A stretch of 64,000 nt of DNA, from NCBI RefSeq assembly GCF_009914755.1, contig NC_060931.1; one strand, given 5' to 3'. A model generated the notes under the pieces. The model was not told the DNA's origin and ran no database searches. It saw only the letters and a list, made by a program, of their open reading frames with translations. Every line of letters begins with the position of its first letter. The first letter of the stretch is position 1. The stretch is from the human T2T-CHM13v2.0 reference genome, Homo sapiens. A program made the position numbers and the translations under genes. Positions 53,270 to 64,000 of this stretch are shown here, piece by piece.

Positions 53270-56135
53270 CCTCCCAGCTTTTTGTTTTGAAACATTTCAA
53301 ACCTATAGAAAAGAGTAACATAGTGTATTGAATGCCTACATACCCTACACCTATATTCACCAATCACCAATTATCATTTTGGCCACATTTGCTTTTTCTG
53401 AGTATAGATGCTTTTATTTATTGATTGATTTTTGAGCTATTTGAAAGTAAGTTGGAGAAACTTCACCTTTGTGTACTTCAGCTTGCATTTTCTGAGAATA
53501 AAGGCATTCTCCTGCATAATACTGTTGTAATACTATTGTAACACCTAAGAAAATTAGTAACAATTCCATAACATCCTCTAATATCTAACCCAGATTCAGG
53601 TTTCCCAGTTGTCTCCTAATGTCTCTCTCTTTTTTTAAAATTTTATTTTAAAAGACAGGGTCTTATTCTGTCACTTAGGCTGAATGCTCTGTCACCTAGG
53701 CTGGAGTGCAATGGTGTGATCACAGCTCACTCTAACCTCTAACTCCTGGCCTCAAGTGATCCTGCTGCTTAAGCCTCCTGAGTAGCTGGGATTACAGGAG
53801 TGTGCCAGTTGTTCATAGATTTAGAACAATATTTAGTGTCAAGTCAGTGATTTTTCTAAGGTTATAATAGGGATCTTCATAAATTTGCCCTTTCCGGATG
53901 GTAGAAATGAAATCATACAATATGTGGTTTTTGTGTCTGGCTTCTTTTACTTAGCATAGTGTCTTTCTGGTTCATTAATGTTAAGGCATGTGTCAGTAGT
54001 TCTTTTTTGTTGCTTAGTAGTATTCTATTCTATGGATATGGATATACCACATTTTGTTTATCATCATGTCTCCCTGCAGTCTTGACCTCCTGGGCTCAAG
54101 CATTCCTCCCACCTCAGCCTCCCAAGTAGCTGGGACCAGAAGGCACATGCCACCAGGCCTGGCTAATTTTTTAAATTTTTTTGTAGATATAGGGTTCTCC
54201 CCGTGTTGTCCAGGATGGTCTGAAACTCCTGGGCTCAAGCAGTCCTCCCCTTTGGCCTCCCAGAATGCTGGGATAATAGGCATGAGCCACTGTGCCCAGG
54301 CCATCTTGTTTATCTGTTTATCAGTTGGTGGACATTTGGAGTTTTTCCACTTTTTGGTTGTTGTGAATAATCCTGCTGTGAACATTCATGTACAAGTCTT
54401 TGTGTGGACATAGTTTTCATTTCTCATGTATATATACTTGGGAGAGTAATTATTGGGTTGTATGGTACATTTATGTTTAACCTCTTAAGAAATTGCCACA
54501 CTGTTTTCCAGAGTGGCTGCACATTACTTTGCATCCTCACCAGCAGTGTTTGAGGGCTTCTCTTTCTCTGCATGTTTATGGACAGTTGTTACACAGTAAG
54601 TCCTCACTTAATGTCATAGGTAGGTTCTTGGAAAATGTGACTTTAAGTGAAATGGTGTATAACAAAAACAATTTTACCATAGGTTAATTGATACAAGAGT
54701 TAAGTTTCTGTAGCATATTTCTGGTCACAAAAACATCACAAACTTCTAAATCAAGACCCAAAACACTTCTAAACATTGAAAGAATTGTGAGCTTTACATA
54801 CCTTTCAGAAAGATTGATACAAACAAGTAAGACTATTACTTAACCCAATTTTACTCACCCAATCAGTGAGTGACAGCAGTTGCATTGGTGGTTGGTCAAA
54901 TCAAAGAAGAAATCTTTACAAAGTGAAAATTGTAAGGAGAACTTTCTGCCACCACAGTTAAAAAAGAAATGGCGGTGATGTGCGCACGTAGTCCCAGCTC
55001 CATGAGAGGCTGAAATAGGAGGATCTCTTGAGCCCAAGAGTTTGAGGCTGTAGTGCATTATGGTTAAGACTGCATAGCCATTGCACTCTTAACCATGGCA
55101 ACATAGTGAGACCCTGTTCCTTTAAAAAGTAGAGGGAGAGAAATAATAACAAATATGGCAGGCTTTCTGAGCACTTTTATATCATATCCTGTGTTTTCAT
55201 GCATTTGTCCTATGATCATAGACTTTACAGATTTTTATTTTCTGATAATTTGTATTCATCCATTCATTTTCCAACCTGCTTTTTCCAGTTCAGGCTCTTG
55301 GATGGTGAGAGCCTATTCCAGCAACTCAGGGAACCAGGCTGGAACCAGCCTTGAACAGGACACCGTCCTGTTGCAGGATGCCCTCATGCACACACGCACA
55401 CTCACTCAGACATGGACAATTTAGACATGCCTGTGAACCTCTTACGCACATCTTTGCAATATGGGTTTTTTTTCCCTTATTTCATTAAAACCGAATCATG
55501 ATGAACCAAACAACATTATTTGAGAACCTGCTGTAGTCTTTTTTGACGTTAGTGTTTTTTCTATATTATAACCATTCTAGTGTGTATGAAATGGTATCTG
55601 GTTTTTGTTTTGTTTTGTTTTGAGACAGGGCCTTGCTCTGTTGTTCAGGCTGGAGTGCAGTAGTGAGATCTTGGCACACTGCAGCTCAGCCTCACAGGTC
55701 AAGCAATCCTACCACCTCAGCCTCCCCAACAGCTGGGACTATAGGTGCATGGCATCACTCCTGGCTAATTTTTGTAGAAACGGGATTTTGCCGTGTTGCC
55801 CAGGCTTGTCTCAAACTCCTGAGCTCAAGGGATCCACCCGCCTTGGCCTCCCAAAGTGCTGGGATTACAGGCATGAGCCACTGTACCCAGCGTGAAATGG
55901 TATCTTACTGTGGTTTTCATTTGCATTTCCTTAATAACTGATGGTGTTCAGCATCTTTTCATGTGCTTCTTAGCCATTCACATATCTTCTTTGGTGAGAT
56001 GTTTAGTCAAATCTTTTTCCTGTTTCTTTTTAAATTGGGTTATTTATTTTCTTGTTACTGAGTTGTAAGAGTTTGTTTATTACAGATACAAATCTTACAT
56101 CAGATATATATGAATGGCAGATATTTTCTCTCAGA
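53270..56135 (-). mobile_element. Old L1M fragments with Alu pieces (53630-53807, 54065-54302, 55602-55891)
   Basis: L1 3' antisense motifs (atcatacaatatgtgg, gtgaacattcatgtacaagtctttgtgtggaca); Alu consensus. Confidence 0.75.
54594..55533. mobile_element. MER82-like Tigger element with an inserted Alu right monomer (54968-55127)
   Basis: cagtaagtcctcacttaatgtcataggtaggttcttggaaa ... acattatttgagaacctgctg-ta. Confidence 0.7.
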
Positions 56136-57624
56136 GAGTGCTATGTTTTTTTGTAATGATGTTGACCATGAGCCTTTCTTAATGTTTTCTAATTTCCCAT
56201 GAGACTTTCTTGGAGGCTTGGAAGAAAAGCTAAATCTTCTGGTCTTAATTCTTCCATGTATCTATTAATAGTATTGAAGCAGAATCAATTAAAGAAAGAA
56301 TAGTCACCTTCATCTTCATTCAACAGTTAAGCAGTGAGAAACTCTTCCCCTTTGGACCATGTGAAGCAAATAGTCATACTGTGGGTATTAGGACTCTTTC
56401 AGTTGTAAGAGCCAGAAATCCAGTTCAGCAAAACAGAATTTTGCCATTTTTTTCCTCTCTTCTTCTACTTCCTTCTCCATTTTACTGGCAGATTCTCTTC
56501 ATGTGGTCAGGAATATAGTCACCTTTATCTCCAGATTCAGTTCTTCCCAGCTCAGCAGAGACAGTCTTCCTCACTAGCCCTATCAGAAGAGCCCAAGAAA
56601 TGGAGTGCTTTGGCCAGCTTGAGTCTCATGCCTTGCTTTTGTGGGAAGTAGCACATCCTAATTTAGTCCTGTTGTGATGGGGTAAGGAGGGGAAGGGGTG
56701 CTGGAGGGGTGCTGGGCAGACAAATCATATGTCTACTTCTTTGTGGGTGTTATATCATTTTTGCCCATTTTTATGAGGTTAAACCAAAAGTAATGAATAG
56801 AAGGTTAATACCTGGACTATTTTTGAAAACTCATATTTATTTTCTGATTAATTTTAACATTAAATCAGACTTTACTAATAGCACCATTTTCATATTGAAA
56901 CAAACATATATGATACTTGGTTTATGCTAAAACATTCCACATACATCTTCCCACCTCCCAAGGAAGGGAGGGGACCTGTATCAACAATGATAACAACTTG
57001 ATAATTGTGGCTGACCTCCCCACTTCTCATGGACGTTCTTTTATGTAGTTTTCTTTAGCTCTCTGAGTGGGGTTATGACCATCTTGGAGTTCCTATATTC
57101 CTACAGATTACTGAAATCAATTTTTTGTTATTGGTTTGCTTCCCCTCTGTTCATATATTTGGATTCCCAAGCTCTGTCAGTGTCCATATGTTATATGATT
57201 CATATTTGAAGTGATTTTTGTTTTAAGTAAGGATAATTTTTTTTAAGTAAGGATAATTCCCAGTTCATTTTCATGATGTTGGGTATATGATGTGGATGGT
57301 GATGGTGATGGTGTTATTGATGTAGTTTTTGTGATTTTCTTGCTCAAAAAAGGAAATCATTTTTATCACTTGAAGTGCTTCTTATCTAAACCCTTAGTAG
57401 ATAGATATAACTGGAATTTGTTCATGTAGTTGAACAGATATCTTTGGATACTGTGTGGAACTTACATTTCTTCCATATAGTACTTTTTGGGATTTATTTT
57501 AATATGAAAATTAATTGCAGAATTGAAAAATTCTGGCTTGAGATTATCTGCATAAAATGTATTATCTGTCAGAGTTGGAACAGCCCTTAAGGGGTCATCT
57601 TGTATATTTTTCTACCCAAGAGAG

Positions 57625-58130
57625 AGACTAAAGATCACCTCTACCCATCTTAGTTCCTCAGTTGGGACAACCGCTGTAACAAAAGGCAATTTAACAATAG
57701 AAAAACAAGCATGTGCAGCATACAACAAGTGGGAGAAACCTCAGTGAAAACGAACTCAGAGCACAGTGGCTTAGAGCTCTGGTTTATATAGCATCTTCAA
57801 CAAAGAACAGTAAATGTGTGGGTAAATGACAGGACAAAGGAAAGGGTTTTAGGCTTCCAGGGGTGGGAAACGGTGGAAAGGTAAAGATATAGGGGGAAAG
57901 TAAAGGAGTAAGATTTGTTTGCAGATTCCTCTGGTGCTGTCTCTGGGCTGATGAGTCTAGAGTTGTCTCTAGTAACAGAATTTATATCCTATATCCTGCC
58001 TTTAGGTAGAAAAGAGAGAGGGTAGAGATAGATTTTCCTTGGTTTGCTATCTCTCAGTTGTCTTCATCTAAAAAGTAATGTTTGCATCAAAGAGGCATAT
58101 TTTGGGGTTATATATTCTGATTTCCTTCAC
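57625..58130 (-). mobile_element. ERV1 LTR, MER34/MER39-like
   Basis: gtaacaaaaggcaatttaacaatagaaaaac..gtaagatttgtttgcagatt..gcatattttgggg..ttctgatttccttca. Confidence 0.7.
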
Positions 58131-58888
58131 ACTCTTTACAAAAATCCCCTCAAAACTATCCAGCTATTAGCCATTCGTAAACCCCTGTAGTGATATTGTG
58201 GAAATCTGCTTCATTTTTGGATGTTTATATTTAAAAATATGTCCTCTTTGAACTGAAGACTGTTGTGACTTCTCTTTATTCCTTGGTTTGCTGTTGGGAG
58301 CAGCATTTAGTAGACGTATTTTTGAGCACTTGTTAAATAGCGCATCTGTTGACAGAATTGAGAGTATTCATTTTACATATACCTTTAATCAAATAATGGA
58401 AGCTGGCTGTCGTAAAACTTTCCCACTGGTTTCCCAAGCAGTCTGCCTGTTCAGGCCACACATCATTCATTTCTTTAGTTAGTTTCTAACCATCCTGATG
58501 GCAAACTTCTGAAAATAACACTGTAACATTCACTTACTTGGAGCTCAAGTTTTACAGCTTAGGTATGAAACACATAAGGCAGGAGGAAGTTACTGGAATC
58601 TGTAGATTTCCTTCTGTTCCCATGCCCTGACCTAAGCAATTTTATATTCATTGTTTACATCTAATCATCCAGTAAAACCCTGTGAGGTAGAAGATAAGGA
58701 AACTTAAGACTATACCATTAAGAATTAGGAAGTAAAGTTCAAACAAAGAACACCTTTGAGCATCCATATAAATGCCAAAGTCCTAGCACTAAAGACTATT
58801 ATGTATCTGATGCATAAGAGAATAATTAGGTTATCACCCAGAACCTACTTGTTGTTACTTTATACCTAGTAGTAAACTTGATAGTTTA

Positions 58889-59450
<562 letters not shown>

Positions 59451-61598
59451 AATATGCAGTGCTGATAGAAGAATTCAGAGTTCCACATTACAGGGCTATT
59501 GAATTCAAGGAATACTCCCCTGAATTCATAATAGCCTCTGAGAGCAGGTTAATACATATAATGACTCCAGGTCCTCAGAAATCTTTTAAAAAATTATTCA
59601 GTTAAATTGAGGAATTTGTGAGAGAGACAAAATTCTGGACTCAAAATCTTTACTGAATATAACTCAGAAATCAAAATACTATTCTACCTGAGTACTACTT
59701 CTGGTGGCTAAATTGATTGTTTCTTATTCATTATGGTCTTGCTGGGAAATTCCTATGTTTTTTTTTTTTTTAATTTGTATGTGTTAAGAGTTAAGTGTAA
59801 TAAGATACTCAGTAGGTATTCACCCATTGGTGCTTATTTTGGGAGCTAATTCATACAGTTAGAATGTATCATTTCTTGCAACCTTGGTTGAATCATCAAG
59901 GTTTTCCCATCTTGACTGTGTTGAGGTTTATCCCAGCTTGACTTCCCTTCGTGTCTTAGCACATCCTGGTCCACTTTCCCTGCTATCAGTTGTTAAGTAT
60001 TTAGAGAATGCTGTTATTATTAGCCTGAGTGAAACATAGTTTAATTTTTCATATAAATATGTATGTGAATACTTTTAAAATTATCTAGATAATAGTTGCT
60101 TTCTTGTAGAGACTTGGAAATAAAAGAATAAGATTGCATTACTACTGAAATACTTTGTTTCATCCTTCATCTCTTTTTCCTTCAACCCCAGCTGTTCATT
60201 TGGTTACTATTTTGCCATAAACAGAGTACTGCCCTTTATTCTTAGTGGATTTAAACTATCTAATTTCATTAGATCTTTAAATCTTTGATGCAAATATTGA
60301 CAATTTGTTCTTCAACCAAAAAAGATTAGGTAAATATATAGTCCAGAATATTTATGCTGCTATTTCTTGATTGTTTAAAACCCAGAAGTAATGTTTGTCA
60401 GAGGATCACTACCATTGAGACTAAAAAGTAGTAAACTTTTCTATGCCTTTAGTGAAATTTTAGGTACTTCATTTTAAAAAGTTTTGTTGTGCAGTATACA
60501 ATACATTTAATCACGTGACAGATTTGTGCAAATTTGTAGGAAACCCAAGTTCTGCTTATAAATTACTTTTTCCTCTTTCTTTACAGTGATGGATTAAGCC
60601 GGTTTGATGCAATCAGACTTTTTGATGACTTTCCTAGACGTTAAAAGTGTGAAGTGTCCTTTGGCTTAAAATATTGAGACTATAATTGTAACATCATCCA
60701 GGTTCAGAACTGAGTACTCATTTTTTTTTCCAATTTAATGTCAGTATAAAGTATTATCACTTACATTAAAATTCTTGGGACAAGGGTAAACAACAGCAGG
60801 GTTTTGTAGCTTACTTTTGTTATATTAGTCAATAAACCTATTTTGTAAATCCTGTGTGACAGTGTGGGAGGTGGGGGCAGAAGGGTTCAGAAAGAACATT
60901 TCGTTTTTAAGGCAGTAATATGAAAATATTTTGAGATGAATGTTGTTACTAATGTGTGTTTTCTTAATTCTTAAACTGGGACACATTGACAATTATGGCC
61001 TCATAAATGAAATGAGAGAGGGAATGATGATAGTAATTGAGGGTTTTTTCTTCAGAAATTATAGTTTGTTTTTCCTTTAATATTTGAAACTGATAAAAGT
61101 CCATTTATCGTCAGTAAAGTGTAAAGGAAGCATATAACCTTTTAGGGGAGACAGTGTGGTATAGTGACATGAGCACAAATCTTGTTTAATAAAATGTTTC
61201 TTGAATGAATAAACACCTACTATGTGCCAGGCACTGTACTAGGCAAATAATAGGCACTGGCACTTAATCTAGGCTTAAGGAACAAGGAAAGCTTTCCATA
61301 AGTGACCACAGGAGGACGAATAGGAATTTGATAACGGAGATGCATCAGGTTGAGTTTGACATTGAATGTTCAAAACTGGGAAATAAAATTCATGCCATGA
61401 ATTTAGAGCAAGAGTATATTCCTAAGGGGTGAAGAGGGGAGGGAAAAGAGGCTGATTAGAGGTGTCAGGAGGTTGTAGGCAGATCATAAACACCTTATTT
61501 CAGGTCAGTGGGGAGTCATCAAAACAATTTAAGAAGCATTATAAGATTTGCCTTTAGACAGACTTGGACCATTCTCAACTTCAGAGCTCTCAAAATTA

Positions 61599-62898
<1,300 letters not shown>

Positions 62899-63111
62899 GC
62901 AGATTGTTTCTAGTGGAAATCCACATAGCTTCTCCGCTCATGAGGCTTACTCTGTGATTGTTTCTGATCAAAAGGTTCTGTGTCTATCCTAGGTGTATTG
63001 TGTATCCTGTAACTAAAACTTGAGGTATTGTTGGAAACATTTGAAACAATGTAGGTCTGGAGTTTCATAGTCCTGCATTTGAATTCCAGCTTATTGTTGT
63101 GTGATCCCGGA

Positions 63112-63428
63112 CATGTTTGCACTGGACTGAATGTTTATGTTCCCCCCAAATTTGTATGTTGAAATCCTAGACCGCAAGGTGATGGTATTAGGAGTTGGGG
63201 CCTTTAGGAGGTAATTAGGTCATGAGGGAAGAGACCTCATGAATGGAATTGGTGTCCTTATTGAAAAAGACCCCAAAGAGATCCCTTGCTCCTTCCACCA
63301 TGTGAGGTTACAGTGAGAACACAGCCATCTAGGAGGAAATGGGTCCTCACCAGACACCGAATGTGCTGGCACCTTGATCTTGGACTTCCCAGACTCCAGA
63401 ACTGTAAGAAATAAATTTTTGTTGTTTA
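63112..63428 (+). mobile_element. MLT1A-like LTR
   Basis: ggactgaatgtttatgttcccccc..ggtaattaggtcatgaggg..gcaccttgatcttggacttccca..agaactgtaagaaataaa. Confidence 0.87.
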
Positions 63429-64000
63429 AAGAAAGAATGAAAATTTCTTCCTGCTTTTCAGTGTTATTATTGAAAACAGAGATAACTTTTCAAGTATCTG
63501 TCATAAAGTCTTAGATCTATTTTAAGCCCTTAAGTAAGTGTCTGTTTCATTTTGTTTCAACAACTGCATCAGCTGGTATGCCACTTCTATATGGTATAAC
63601 ATTTTTCTCAGGAAGTCAGATTTATACTTCCCTATTAACACACCTTTATAGAGGCTGTCATCATGTAAGCTTCTAAAGTCATATACAAAATTTTGGAATT
63701 TTGTAGGTTTTACAGGGGCCCAGTGGCCTGGGTTCAGTCCTCTCATTTTACATATCTGAAAACCATGGTCTTCAGAGGTTTGTAGTGGCAGAAAACCGAA
63801 ATCTTTAGAGCCTATTAGGTGGTAGAACCTAGGCCCATTGACTTATACTCTAGTCCTCTTTCTGCTATCATGTGTAATCCAGAGCTTTATGTTTAAAAAC
63901 AGTGTGAAAATGAAAAAGGAGTTAATATATACAGTTTGTTTTGCCAGTAAGTTTTCCATCAACTTAATAGCTTTTTTTTTTTTGTCTCTTTTCACAGTTA

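Noticed and set aside
57221-57257. Small tandem duplications (ttttaagtaaggataat x2; also 49791-49814 and ~31873-31902)
   Set aside because: Ordinary slippage-scale duplications with no functional context.

Overview
This is human (primate) genomic DNA, very rich in repeats: about 45 Alu copies plus MaLR/ERV LTRs, hAT and Tigger DNA transposons, and L1/L2/CR1/MIR relics. There are two gene-related landmarks. (1) An intronless, frameshifted processed pseudogene of AKIRIN1 on the + strand (~25180-27671). (2) A CpG-island promoter and non-coding first exon that I recognise as RALA (exon 1 ~39120-39383, donor at 39384); intron 1 fills the rest of the window. From recall, this is the chr7p14 interval between YAE1 and RALA. 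No intact protein-coding exon lies in the window, and almost all ORFs in the track are Alu- or GC-derived noise. I see no evidence for a new multi-gene system. The most interesting signals are: a templated insertion inside an Alu carrying a perfect 87-bp copy of sequence 664 bp away; several other Alus with repair-like scars; the CpG-rich retrocopy, which looks usable as a spliced terminal exon; and a candidate uORF-bearing cassette exon just downstream of RALA exon 1. Repeat subfamilies and boundaries were called by eye and are approximate.
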